Shown: piece after piece, positions 23,850 through 37,815 of the stretch
Layout of the letters: every line of letters begins with the position of its first letter
Numbering within the stretch: the stretch's first letter is position 1
Assembly (NCBI GenBank): GCA_038496445.1
Contig: JALMLS010000510.1
Coordinates: 1-64,000, forward strand
Origin: Trichosphaerium sp. ATCC 40318
Taxonomy: Eukaryota; Protista; Tubulinea
Direction: 5' to 3'
DNA: 64,000 bases
The notes under the pieces: model-generated
The model's database searches: none
What the model was told of the DNA's origin: nothing
What the model saw: the letters and a program-made list of their open reading frames with translations, nothing else
Made by a program: the position numbers and the translations under genes

Positions 23850-26187
23850 ATGTTGTTTATTGCGTCTGTCGTTTGCATTTGCATAGCTTTCGCCGTATAT
23901 AACGCCCGTTGGCTTCATAAATACCGCGTAAGCAGAATTACGTCACAATCAGGTGTTAACCGTGTAAATACAGCAAGACATAATGACACCTGGTCCTCTT
24001 ATACCTATAGCGATATTTGGTCCTATGATAGGCTTTTGTACGTTCCTTTTCTATTTGGCGGTGGACGCAGAGAACAGATACTGGCGTCCTTTAGATAGAT
24101 TTAAAAAGGTGCGCTTGTTAAGAATAGCTATGATGCGTATTAGCTGACTTTTACAAGTATGGACCAATATGGGGCCTCAGAACTATATTTGGACTCAAGC
24201 TTGTCGCCATTGCAAGCCCTGAAGATGTGGAATACGTATTGAAGACTAATTTCAAGAATTACATCAAAGGTACAGTAGAATTTGCCAAACAAATAAGAAA
24301 AAAATCTGCTTTAACTTTTGACCAAAGGAGAGATGATTACAACACAACTGGAGCCTCTCTTTGGCCAAGGTATTTTCAACGTTGATGGAGCCAAATGGAA
24401 AGAGCAAAGGAAGATTGCTTCGCACATGTTCAAGACAAGGTCTATTAGGGAGATGGTAGAGACGTTTTGTCATCACGGACAAAAGGTAAATAAAAAGTCC
24501 GAACTTTTGGAAGTTTTTTTTCATTTACTAATCACGTGATATCTAGGTCCTTGAATCTCTTGAGACCTACTCATCTTCTGGTACTATAGTCGATGTTTAT
24601 GATTTGTTCTCAAGTTTTACGCTTGATAGGTATGAGAAAAGTTGCTAGACTTTTGTTTTAACTGTTTTTTTTGTAGTATCGGAGAAATCGCTTTTGGCGT
24701 TCAAATGAATAGCATGTCCAAGAACGAAGAATCTAAAAAGTTTGCTAAAGCATTCAATACTGCAAACATAAAAGCAGGAGCCACATTTAACAATCCATGG
24801 TATCATGTGCGTCCTGTTTTACTGTAAAATTTTTGCGTTCTAAAACATGGCCGAAGAAAACTGTTGTAGTTTTATTCTTTCTTCTCTTGTGCGCCAATGA
24901 TCAACACAAAGGAGATATTGAATTACTGACTAGACTTTCACTGTTATTTTCTTCAATATCGATTATTTTAAGCTACAAGATTGTGCTTGCAAGCAAAAAT
25001 ATTTTAAATTAACACCTTGACTTTGTACTGCATTTACCTTAATCGAATAGATACTAGGCGATTATGGACCAGCAAAGAAAACACATACTGAGATGAAGGA
25101 AGCAATAAAAGTACTAGATCAGTATGGGCTATTCTTTGAAATGTTACTCAAGGGTTTTTCGTTAAGCGAGTTTTTAGGCACATTGAGCGGATCGTTCAAG
25201 AGCGTAAGCGTGATAAGAAGATAGATGAACGTACTGATTTACTATCTGGTTATGTACAGCTTCAAAAAGAAAAAGAGTTCAGTGATAGATACCTTAGAGA
25301 CATAACACTAAATTTCATGTTCGTTTCAATGAGATTTTTTTCCTGTTTTTTTCTTTACATTTTTTTTCAGGCTTGCTGGACGAGATACAACATCAGTTTG
25401 TTCTTCTTTCAGTTGCTACTTACTTGCTGCCCATCCAGAAAAACAAAAGAAGGTATGATCCTTTACATGTGTTCAGTAAAGTCCAATGATCTCATCTGTT
25501 AAAAAACAAGGTTATTGAAGAAATAGACGCTATTGTTGGTGAGAACATACCGACTTATGATCTATTGAAGAAACTAGAATATACAACTGCAGTAATTAAT
25601 GAGAGTTTAAGATTATATCCACCAGTACCTTTTGATCCTAAATGGACACTTGAAGACGACGTACTTCCATCTGGATACAAAATCAAAAAAAACGTAAAAG
25701 AATCATTATTTTTTTTCAAAACTTTGAACGACTAACACGTGTGTATTAGACACAAGTCACGTGGTGTGCCTGGGGTATGGGTAGATTAGATCTATACTGG
25801 GATAAACCAGAGGAATTCAGACCTGAACGTTGGATGGGGGAAAACGGTGGAATCCCAATCCGGACGTATCAGTTTACTCCTTTTCAGGCTGGTCCAAGAA
25901 CTTGTCTTGGCAAGCAGATGGTATGATTGTTTATATTTATAATGTAATCTTGATTAAAAGAATATAGGCTTATCAGGAAGTCCTTACATTGATTGTTTTG
26001 ATATATCAACGGTATACTCTTGATGTAGCACCAAATCAAAGAAGACCACCAAAACTAGCTCCAGGTACATTTTTACAAAACTGTGTGGTTGTTATCATGA
26101 TGGGTTCGTAACTTAATTATATTTTTAGGAGTGACATTGGCGCCTAAATATGGTATAAATCTTACAGTACATCGCCGTACATACTAA
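23850..26187 (+). CDS. Cytochrome P450, CYP704/CYP86-clan-like
   Basis: LFGQGIFNVDGAKWKEQRKIASHMF, AGRDTT, ESLRLYPPVP, FRPERW, FQAGPRTCLGK. Confidence 0.92.
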
Positions 26188-26955
26188 ATAAATACTAAAT
26201 AAAGTTATGTTTGACACATGGTTATTTGACTTCATAGCTTAAATTAACTGGCGCATACCGCGTTGATTATGTGAATGTATTCGTTTCGTGCACCTTTTGA
26301 CAACCTACAAAGGTTTTCTCGTTCACTCACTACAGATCCTGTACTACCTTACAACGCTCCTTATGCAGCTATTTAAAAGTATATAGCTATGTTTTATTGC
26401 ATAACAAGCTAGTGTTGTGGATTAGCAAGAAATCGGAATAAACAAAGCCCATACTCGGTGTAGATACGCTACTACGCCTGTTGTACGTGATACGCTGTAA
26501 AACAAGTTGTTTACTTTTTTTTCACTTGTTTCAACACTGAATCATATTAAAACGTCTGCAATGTATAAAACAGAATATATTAATGGTTGAAGTGGAAGTT
26601 AGAAGCCATAAGTGATAAACAGCTTTTGGTTTTCAAAATCTAGTCACGTTGATCACATCATATGATTCACTAAAGTCAAAAAGAGTCAGATGTCCAGAAA
26701 CATTCTACAGTATAGTTTTTGTAATAATTGTTGGATTTGCTATCTGGTTATTGTGATAATTATAATTGCGTGAGAGGTGAGGAAAAGATCTGGATAGACG
26801 TTTTACAATTAATTATAACGTAAGAAATGATAATTTTTGTGCGCACTCGTAGTCTGGAAATGTTACCATCGAACTTACCGTAGCTCTTTTGTATTTCCAG
26901 CCAAGATCTCCTTTGGATAAATATTCAATCATTTTCGTAGGACCTTGTTTGTAAG

Positions 26956-29193
26956 ATGTACTTCATAGTGATACCACTGCTTGCTTTACTTGCGATAACT
27001 TGGATGTATATACTTAAGAGCATGAAACAACAACGTATATCATCTAAAGGAGCACAGATATTCGACTCTGGAGTAGTTCTTGGACCAAGTACGTTGAAGT
27101 TTAACAAAATAGATTTCATGGAGCAACGTTTTGTACGTAATGTGGTTTTGCTTTTATAGCATGCAAACAGGCAAAATAAGCACCACAGATTACAATTTAG
27201 TTGGTTTTAACCTGTTTTATTTTGTATACGATAATGACGCCATATGCCGACAAAAAGTCAACATTTTAGGCTTTTTAAGTCAACTTCAAAAACAAAATCT
27301 AAGTCGTTTTGTTTTAGAGCTTAGAGTATGTGTCATTGGTTCAGGTTTATCCGGACTAGTCGCTGCAAAGCAGTTTAAGAAACATGGACATGATGTTACT
27401 ATTTTTGAAAAAGCCAAAGGATTAGGAGGTGTTTGGCGAACGGGTACTTCTTACTGATTTTTTTTTCTCATTTACTATCTGTCTCGTAACAAAGTTCTGA
27501 ACAACAGCTTATCCTAATGTCACTCTTCAAAACTGGGGAGATGAATTTCAGTTCACCGATTTCTATAAAAGTAGTATTACTGGCCATCCTACTGCCCATG
27601 AAGTGATGAAGTACGTACAGCGGCCTTTGTTTAATAAATCGGGATTTCAGAAATTTTTCTGTTGACACAGTTTGCAGGTACTTTGAGGCATATGCTAAAC
27701 ATAATCGTCTAAATATCACCTGCAATACTACAGTGACGTCTCTAGAACAACTAGGGGAAAAGAAAGACACAAAATGGCTTGTACATACACGTAAAACAGG
27801 CGGAGAAGAAGAAGATGAAGCTAGCTCGTACGAATTTGATTTTGTGATTTCAGCTATTGGACAGTATGGGCATGCACCGAATATCCCAGGTTAGATTATT
27901 AATATCCATGCTAATATATCCATTTATTTATTCTTTTAGAACAATTAATAAAAGAAAACTGGGTGAAGAATGGCGAGACAATCTTTGATGACAGCATCGA
28001 AGTTATTCATAACACAGCTTACACTGATACAACTCAACTTGAAGGAAAACGTATTCTTGTTGTTGGATTTGGTCGTGCGGCTTTATCTATTACTACTCAA
28101 GCTGCTGATAAAGGCCGTGAATGCCATCATGTGTTTAGGAAAGCGAGATGGGTTATTCCACAATACCTTTTTGGTTAGTTTTAGACTTAAAACAGCAACT
28201 CTGTTAAGTTAACTTCAATATTACAGGCTTCATTCACTACCGTTTCGTTTTTGGTTCAAAATTTGGTTGTGACCCTATTCCTTGGTTCAGGTACAATCTT
28301 TCACAGAGTATAATGGCTTCAATACCTGGATTTCATAAGATCACTTGGGCCTTCTTAGAGTGGGCTATTTCTAAGAGCGTTGGTATTAAAAAAGCGGATG
28401 TCGTGTATCCGGAAGACAAGTATGACTTATCTTCTTGAGTGTTCTTGTATTTAGTTTTTATCTAGGTTGACACGTGATATGCGTGCTTCTATTGCTCTTG
28501 AACCCACCGACTACTTCAAGTACCAAAGAAGCGGGAAGATAAAGGCTTACAAAGCGGAGATACAATCGTGGAAAAACAAAACTGTGACACTTTCAAACGG
28601 AGAAAAAATAACTGGAATAGATCTTGTTATTCTTGCTACTGGCTTCAAGCAAGAACATAGTATCCTTCCAAAGATGTTTGTTGATAAAATCAATACTAAA
28701 CGTGATGGAGGTATACAATTATATCGTCACTTGATACACCCTGATTTACCAAATATTGGATTCTGCGGATACGCTGCATCATTCATGACAAGCGTAACAG
28801 CTGAAATAGGTAAGAAAAAAAGAAGAATAAAAAAAGAGTGAAACTTGTTGATATCTTTACCACCTTTGATCCTTTTTCTAACGATTAATGTTAGGAGCAT
28901 TGTGGTTGCTTGCTATGATAAGGGGTGATATAAATTTACCTTCAGTACAAGAGCAGTATCAAGAAATAGAAAGAATTTCGAAATGGAAACGTAAAAATTT
29001 GACTTATGAGAAAACAATGGCACAAGTAGTTAGTACTCGATTCTTTAACTACATTGAAACACTACTCAATGACCTTGGTGTTTCTCCAATACGTAAGGCT
29101 CCAATACTAGATTATTTTATGAGATACACATCAGATGATTATGTACACGTTGCAAATGAAGTGATTGCACTATCCAAACATGCTATTCAATAA
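26956..29193 (+). CDS. Flavin-containing monooxygenase (copy B, inverted duplicate of copy A)
   Basis: Near-identical exons and introns to copy A, in opposite orientation. Confidence 0.9.
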
Positions 29194-30046
29194 ACCAAAG
29201 TACTTCTCTTTCTCCACCTCAAGGCCTCTTTTATTGTTGTATTACCAAGTTCAACAAATGAACAATATTACTAATGTATTGTTTGGAGTTTTTGATATGG
29301 CCGTAGTTCAAATTTCAGCGAGATTGGGCCAATCCAACAATTAGATTTCAGAAATTCATGATTGGGTTTGTCCCATACAACGTCAATTTTATGAACTTTG
29401 AAGAATCGCATACTCAATCACGTGAATATTCTTAGCCTTATGGATAGGATGTTGCAACTTTTTATAAGTGGGTACCTTAGAAGACGAAATGTTTGGTAAA
29501 GAAATTCTATACACATCACACGATGGTTATTGTTTCTTTTTACTTAATTTGGTGCTTTTTTTACTTTTATTTTACACTACAGTACCACAGTGCTTTTATT
29601 CTAAAAATAAAACTGACAGCAAATCAACAATGGTGTTCACGAATAGCTACATTTTTTGTAACATCAGAGTCTTTGGTCACCCGCTATAAGTGGCAACCCG
29701 CAACTAAAAGTTGCTAAGAATCTTTAGATACATACGCCATTATTTTACTTGATACTGGAGCAGAACACCAAAGTAGCCGATACTCATTTGTGATGCCTAC
29801 GATACCAGGTATAGAATCATACCTGCAGATACGCGCTTCTTAAGCAAATTGGGTTTGGATGTATCAGTAATATTACTTACTTAGTCAACTAGTACATGCG
29901 ACCACATTCACTCCACTATGTGAAGGTATTAGTGGTACCACTGTTGAGGGTATATTATGTGAAAAATCCAATGACACGCGGCGCACGCGCTTTCTTATGT
30001 ATCCTAATTGTAAAAACAGTATTCAGGACAACAAGACAAGCCGCAC

Positions 30047-32084
30047 ATGATTTTACTTTTATCTGTCGTATTCTTATCCACATTACTTGCTATCACTGTT
30101 TACCAGAACGTGAGAAATAGAGCACTAAACCTACCGCCAAGTCCACTTAGTATTCCGTTTATTGGTCATCTTCATCTATGGACAGATCCAAAGAAAATGG
30201 TCGAGTACGTAGTAGTTTTAACTCCAAGTCGAAAATGCTGCAAGAATTTTAAAGCTACTAATCTGGTGAACTAGAAAGTTTTTTGAGTTTGTCTGCTTGC
30301 GCTAGTTCTAACCAATGATCTAGGACAACCCAGAAATTCTCTAAATCGCTAGGAGGTATATTCAGCATGAACTTTGGATCTAAGATTGTACGAGTGACGC
30401 GCAATGTTCTTTTTTATTCACATTGTTCTTGTAGATGGTATTCATCACAGATCCTGATCTTATCAAGGAAGCATCAACAAAGCACCGCCATGTGCTGTCA
30501 GACAGGTAAACAAAATATTGGAGCACTGTTTCTGATAGAGCATAGGCCTCTTAATGATTTCTTGGCGCTACGAATGCTTTACGCAACAGATAAAAAAGGA
30601 GGTAAGTTGTTTGTATTCATACAGTAGGATTCCCGTTCTTAGAAAAATCTCACAATCTTATACAGCGTGTATCATGGCTGATCATAATGACTACCATAAG
30701 AATTATAGACTTCTTTTCAAGAACGAGTTCGTTTCGGGCCAAGGCATGAAGGTACATTTCATTGTAACAGCCTTGGCAAAAATTAACACGTGCGCATTCA
30801 GAACATGATGCCTATAATAAATTTTGAGATTAAAGATGCCATCGACTGCCTAAAGAAGCGTTCTGAATCAGGAGATGTTGTATCTGGCAGCGATGTTTCG
30901 TACAGATTGACATTCAACATGATAACCAAAACTCTCTTCAATATTCGTGCTTACAAACACAACGACAAAGATATTTCTGATATCTTTGATGTTACACATA
31001 AAGTTGTTGAAGCGTATTTGGTAACTTTTCTACAAGACTTATTTCCAGCATGTGCTATCTTCGATGGAGAGCGAGTAAGTAACAAATTACTGGTCTTAAA
31101 GTACAACACCTGGCTAACAGACACATGTCAATAGTTGAGAAAACTTAAAGCGACCATTCACAACAGAGATAGGCTGTACAGAAAAATGATTCAAAAAGCA
31201 CGTGATACGCATATTAAAGGAGGAAAAAGACACTGGATAGATGTAATGTTAAATGAAATGCCTGATATCACAGATGATCAATTCATAGCTATCCTCATGG
31301 AGCTGCTAGGCGCTGGATTTGATACAACCGCACATGCACTACAGACGTACTTACACTTCTAATACACACCTCCACTAGTTTCTGTTAAACATATTCTCTT
31401 AGCTCAGTAACAATGCTTGCAAAGCATCCTGATATTCAATCTAATCTACGAACAGCTTTAGAAGGATTTGATGTTTCGACTATGTCATGCAAGGTAACCA
31501 CAGTCTAACCACGATAGTTTTCTGCATTGTTTAAGTTGTAACTTACTGCGTAGGACTTACAAGCAATACCGTGCTTGAAGAACTTTATACAAGAAGTGTT
31601 CAGGTTTAAGCCAGTGGTACCTATGTTGGTACCACATAAAGCGAGAGAAACCGTCAATATTGCGGGATATACTATACCCAAAGGAGTACGAATTTGTTGC
31701 AAAGAAATCTTAAAACACCTTTATTGCTTGTACTCACTAGCTCTACCAGGCAATTGTACATTTGGCACATGATAGTGAGTGTCATAATGAAAGATGGGAT
31801 AATCCGTCCAAATTCGATCCAAACAGATGGTCTGATCCTGCGTGTAACATCAATCCTTTCGGGTATGTAACAATAAGTATGCAACACTAATTTTGAAACA
31901 CAGGCAAGGTATCAGAAGATGCCCTGGTGAACGTATAGGATTAACACTTTTGTATAAAGCTGTAGCTTCTTATATACAAAACTTCGAATGGACTGAAACA
32001 GAACAACCAAACTCTTTAGCGTATGAGTATTGTACAGTTCATAAATTTGTTACGGAGCCAAAATTCTTTGCAAAGAAAATTTAA
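30047..32084 (+). CDS. Cytochrome P450 (LPPSP hinge type)
   Basis: LPPSPLSIPFIGHLHL, GAGFDTT, EVFR, FDPNRW, FGQGIRRCPGE. Confidence 0.92.
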
Positions 32085-32484
32085 GTCAATAATAAACCTT
32101 CACTGTTCATAACCAAACTTACTCTTACCCACAAATGACATCTTAAAAGAGTACGTTGATATACTCATATATGTCACCATTATTAACACAGCTCTCGGCA
32201 TATTTGAACGTAAAAGAATTATGACAATCTTAAATGGCTTTCTATCTTGACCTCTTGCACTTCTTAAACGCTCTATACAGATTGTGCTTTACAGTTACGG
32301 TTATAGTCCTTGTATAGCTTGTTTTATGATTTGTATCTTTGACCACGTGGTAAAAAACGTGGCTGAAAAAAACCCCACTGCTTATCAAAACTGTTTCTAC
32401 AGTAGAACTCGTGTATATGGGGTGGTTTTTAACAACAAAATAAACACTCTAGTTCACTCCTATAAACTCCGAATTTAATTTAGC

Positions 32485-32681
32485 TATACCCAAAGGAGTA
32501 AGAATGTTTTTTGCAAAGAAATCTTAAAACAGACCTTTATAAGCATTACTCACTCTATCAGGCAATTGTACATTTTGGCACATGATAGTGAGTGTCATAA
32601 TGAAAGATGGGATAATCCGTCCAAATTCGATCCAAACAGATGGTCTGATCCTGCGTGTAACATCAATCCTTTCGGGTATGT
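32485..32681 (+). repeat. Duplicate of CYP exon/intron segment ~31672-31869
   Basis: CTATACCCAAAGGAGTA...CAATCCTTTCGGGTATGTA repeated. Confidence 0.85.
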
Positions 32682-32887
32682 AGTATATGATAGTATGCCT
32701 GCTTGAGTCTGTCCTCAACATTGCTAAAGCAGAAACACTTTTGTAGTATCAATTTTATGGCCGTACTCCAGCCAAAGCTTACAGACCCAATGTGATTTGA
32801 CTAAATCATGTTTCTTTTGAGTAATGTCAGTAATATTAATGGTCATTAAATCAGGAGTGGTAGCGAATAGTAATTTTATTTAGAACA

Positions 32888-34708
32888 CTAAGCTATGCTC
32901 ATAGTGGTATTACATCTTTCGTCATGCTTTAGAGCTCTACCATCAAGAGATTCATTGACTTGAGTGACGTAAATACCTTCATAAACACCATGTGTTGAAA
33001 ACCTGAAATCTTTTCCGTCTTTCAAATGCAAAGTGAGCACTGCAGTGAATGGCAGGTTTAGTTTAGACGCCCATTGGGTAAATGTTGCTTTTGTTATATG
33101 TTTTGGTTCTCCTATTATGGTCACTGTGGAGTCTGTCTCTGACGATTTATTTTCACAGCCACTGAAAGTTGTCTACAAACAAAGTAAGATGAATAAAATT
33201 TTCATTATGAAAAAAAACCCTTACCGAAGCACTGACGGTCCACTTGAATTCTTCGTTTTCAGATTCAACTTCAGGTACACCTGCGGTTACACTGACATCA
33301 TCTTCAATGGAAAATCCAGCGGTAACAGACCAGCAGTGGTCGCTACCCTAGAACAACATTAAAAAAAATACCCGGGTATTTCCAAAAACGTGTTACACGT
33401 ACCACAGTTTTTTTGAATGTTTCAGAGTACGACTGCTTAATGGACTCATCATTACAGAAACTGTATTTTGCTACTTCCACTGGATTCAAACCAGTTTCAA
33501 GTGAAGCTAATGTAGGGTATTGCATACTTGTCAAAGAAGTTGACTGAATTGGTTTGATAACATAGAATCCTAAGTGATCAATGTCATCTCCACTTCGTCC
33601 AAAAAATCCAGTTAAGAATCCACTCTGTACAGGAAAGTGATACAAAGTATGTGGTTCTCCGCTCTTGAATGTTCTTTTCAAGTTGGTTGTAAACTACAGC
33701 GAGAACAGGGGTCAAAATAAAGACTTTGAGAAGCGAATTTTTTTCTTGAAGAAAAGAGAACGGATCGTACTTGAATGTATCCGGTTCGTGTACCAATACC
33801 ATCTCCGGCGAGAATCAAGTCACCAACCAAGTACTCACCTTTTAAATTATAAGCTTTGCTAACGCGTGTTAAGAGAATATCGTACCTGGTTTGAAAGTGA
33901 AGCTATTTGAAGTAGAGCATACGGGTTGTCCGAACTATTGGCACAAAATTAGTATTTACAATTGGAAAGTTCAAAACAAAAGTAGACCACGGAGTTAGAG
34001 CCTACGCTAGAGCGCGCCCAGGGTTGCTATGCCCTTCGTGCTGTTAATCGTTTTCCGAACTGGCATCAATGTGCGAGTTTGTGGGATGTTGATTTGAGCC
34101 AGTCACAAAGCGGGAAAGGCTTAAAAGAGAAGTTCGAAATGCTGATAAAAAAATTTATTGTTTGGGTTTTGATTTTATTATGTGCTGAAAAAAGAACGTA
34201 CCGTTTTGCTCATACCGTTGAATAGCGTTACTTTGATAGCACGCAAACCACCGTGAGCGCCGCATTTAGGCCATACGTCAATACGCTCGACAGTGGTACC
34301 ATTTGCGTGAAACTCAAAAGGGGACTAAAAAAAACACATTTAGCGATGATACAAAAGCGTATTGTTGCTGTTGTGGTACAAAACAACCAAAAGGGACGGT
34401 TGTTAACATTTCTAGCAAACACTTACTCCTCCACAACCACCAATACATCCAGCACCTATTTAATCAGTCAATAAGGTGAACGTACAAGAGTCGAAGGTAA
34501 AACAAAAAAGGAGTTTTTTTTCAAACAACGTACCTCCATCAGAAATAGCGATAGCTTCATATCCAAAAGCACCTCCTTCGCAGTAACATGCGTCTGCACC
34601 GCTCACTGGTATACCGACGCCTTCTTCACGAAACCCGTTTGTGTTGAATACACCACCCACTAATAGTAGACACGACAATATGAAGACCAATTGTAGAAAC
34701 GTTGTCAT
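32888..34708 (-). CDS. Secreted jacalin-lectin + aerolysin-type pore-forming protein (natterin-like/Dln1 architecture)
   Basis: Signal peptide. Jacalin-like GCIGGCGG, LAGDGIGTRTGYI, SGFLTGFFGRSGDDIDHLGF. Aerolysin-like SVTAGVPEV...FKWTVSAS...LNLPFTAVL...HGVYEGI. Confidence 0.8.
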
Positions 34709-35066
34709 GGTAACTTACAGCAATTTGGTTTGATTTGAATAATGCAGAATTTGACAGGAAAAGTCATACTGAGAAATAAATCACGTGACCCGAACAGTAT
34801 TGTTAAAAGTAGACAAGGCTCTTATGTGAATAAGACACGCCTAACTCCAATTATGCAACTATACGTATGCCGTAGCCCTACCTCTGAGTAGTGCATGCAT
34901 TCAAATTCCTATGGCACCTCATACTAACAACAACAGGTGGCTATGGTGGAAAAGAGAAACAATGTAAGAAAGTCTGCTAGTAGGACGTAAATTTATCTTT
35001 AAAAACTACATATTTTTGTCAATATAAGAATCCAAAGACATCTAACATATGATTGATTGATGTAAG

Positions 35067-35505
35067 TTACATGTGTGTTGTCGTTCGTGTCATCTTCCAT
35101 GCTTTTTTAAAATCCTCATCAGGTCGGCTTTGTACTGTAAGGCTAACTGATACATCCAAATTATGAATATAATGATACCACGTCCCAGGAATGAAAGCAA
35201 TTTCACCTTTCTAGTGGTGAGTACATCAAGTCTGGTGCGTTGCTAAAAACAGGATGTTTATGCATCGGTGGTTTACCACCAGGCGAAAAATCAAAGTCTA
35301 CAGGATCAGGCACATAAAGTGCTTCAAAATTTGCAAGCCTTGCTTTCTCTAAAACATAAAATGAGTCTCGTACTATGATTGATGGTCCAAACCTTTGTCA
35401 GATACGTTCATTTGTTTTTCTCCTCCTGGTGGTAGTAACGTTAGATGCTTTTCTCCGTCCAAGATACATACGAAATTCGAGGAGAAGTCGTAATGAGGAT
35501 TTGTC
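35067..35505 (-). pseudogene. 5'-truncated JmjC/cupin_8 hydroxylase gene
   Basis: TNPHYDFSSNFVCILDGEKHLTLLPP and KGEIAFIPGTWYHYIHNLDVSVSL (HxD...H). Upstream sequence is replaced by the CYP duplicate at 35680. Confidence 0.75.
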
Positions 35506-35679
35506 TATCAACAACTAAGTCAAAAAAAAAAAGTACAAGTGTCACAAGCACAAAGAGCAACAGTTGTACGGACAAGACGAAAAAAATTTGTACTACTGTG
35601 TACGGTAATGCGTAGTTGGGTTTACTTCTCACAACTCGTTTTCGAGTAGTATTGTGAGCAAACAAGAGGAAACAAAATT

Positions 35680-36211
35680 CTTTGTATAAAGCTGTAGCCT
35701 CTTATATGCAAAACTTCGAATGGACTGAAACAGAACAACCAAACTCTTTGGCGTATGAGTATTGTACAGTTCATAAATTTGTTACGGAGCCAAAATTCTT
35801 TGCAAAGAAAATTTAAGCCAATAATAAACCTTCACTGTTCGTAACCAAACTTACTCTTACCCACAAATGACATCTTAAAAGAGTACGTTGATATAATCAT
35901 ATGTCACCATTATTAACACAGCTCTCGGCATATTTGAACGTAAAAGAATTATGACAATCTTAAATGGCTTTCTATCTTGACCTCTTGCACTTCTTAAACG
36001 CTCTATACAGATTGTGCTTTACAGTTACGGTTATAGTCCTTGTATAGCTTGTTTTATGATTTGTATCTTTGACCACGTGGTAAAAAACGTGGCTGAAAAA
36101 AACCCCACTGCTTATCAAAACTGTTTCTACAGTAGAACTCGTGTATATGGGGTGGTTTTTAACAACAAAATAAACACTCTAGTTCACTCCTATAAACTCC
36201 GAATTTAATTT
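35680..36211 (+). repeat. Near-identical duplicate of CYP last exon and downstream DNA (~31950-32481)
   Basis: Direct match; identical 64-aa spurious ORFs at 32284 and 36014. Confidence 0.92.
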
Positions 36212-36360
36212 ATGTAGTACATGCTTCAAAAAGCAGTCCTAGACTAATTGTTATACATTTAAAGTAAACCACAACAAATAAAAACATCAAATGTACAGTT
36301 TAAAAATAGCATGCAAGGCAGTTTAACTGGAGGGCCCTTCTCCAACTCCAACAAAACAAA

Positions 36361-36597
36361 TACTCGAGATGCTGCAAGGCAGCGATAAATATGATATGCT
36401 GCAAGGCAGCGATAATCTTCCTGCAAAACTGCAGAGACATTTGCGCAAGGCGCAATCAAAAATCACACTAGCGTTTCAACGCTGTCATGGCCAGCGCAGA
36501 GCGCAATGCGCAATGCAATACAACTCGATATGCTGCAAGGCAGCGATAATCTTCCTGCAAAACTGCAGAGACATTTGCGCAAGGAGCAATCAAAAAT
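36361..36597. repeat. Local direct repeats (ATGCTGCAAGGCAGCGATAA x3; ~65-bp unit x2)
   Basis: Copies at about 36369, 36396 and 36530. Confidence 0.75.
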
Positions 36598-37815
36598 AAT
36601 AATAGCGGCGCAAAGCGCATGCATGCATCCACACTCCATACAATAAGAGCTCAAAAAATCCACATATTTCAGCCAAAAGTGCTGTGCGCTAAAGAAGCGC
36701 CTTATGGGTGTGCGATAATACAATATATAATGATATCTACTGGCAATAGCCAAAGCCATAGTGCTAAAACAACATCTACTCGAGTGACACGGTATTAACA
36801 CAGTGTCGGTCTAAATGTGGTGGCCAATTCCCTAAGGGGGAAGCTAAGGGAACTTTGTAGTAACCAACAGAAATCTGTGGTACTGCAAACTCCCTTAGCT
36901 TTTGCCAATCCTGCAACTGAAACCAATGGTAGTAAGTAAAAGCCGTTTCACTAGAGGTGTTAGAGGAACAGTTTTTGCAACAGTACCATGGTTTCGAGTT
37001 GCAAACTGTTTTAAGTCAAAAATTCAAACAAACTCACTTATTTTGCACATTTTTCTGGATACTACCAAAAAACTAAGCCTCTAGTGTGACACAATATCGA
37101 ACAACACTTTATAAGCTAAAAAAAAATACAGAGATGTTGAGCGACTGTGGGAAAAACAAGTTTAACTGCAAAAAAAAAACCCCAACAAACGAAACTAAAT
37201 CCCTGCATCTCAATCCTCTTTTTTTCCATGTTTGTTAGCGGCTTCACTTTGGGTCTAAACCCTTTGCGCACCAAGAAGTCATACAAGCTGAAACCGCTTT
37301 GTTAACATCTCTACGTTGTGAAAGTCAGATTCACATAGTTATCAGCTTTTTGTATTTTTCATTTTGCACAATTGTTTCCATCCTTCTTGAACATTTTGGT
37401 CGGTACTACCTACAAGGAAAGTATGTGCTTGGTAGTGTATATAATGAGTAAATTGTAAGAATTCAAAATCTTTCTAGTGCATCTTCATGAGAATCATATA
37501 GAGCAGTCTATAGTAACAAATTGGCTGATTTGTACCCACAATGATCGTTCGTTATCATCAGGCAAAATAAGCAAGTTGAAGTGGTGTTAACGACTTGACT
37601 TGAAGTCATTTTTTACAGTTGAAAACCGTTTATTTTTCACTAAGTGTCATCTGTTATAACTTAAGTGTTCTCATTTGAAAGCACACATGAGGCGGCTTTA
37701 CGCAAGCTAGAGGTTGTTCGCCATTAAACGTGTAGGAAGCGTAATCAGTCTTTGAAAACAACTCTGTACCAGCCTTTTCAGCTGCTTTTGCACAGAACGC
37801 ACTAGAATTTTCACA

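Noticed and set aside
36361-36597. CRISPR-like array
   Set aside because: Only 2-3 irregularly spaced repeats, eukaryotic context, no cas genes.
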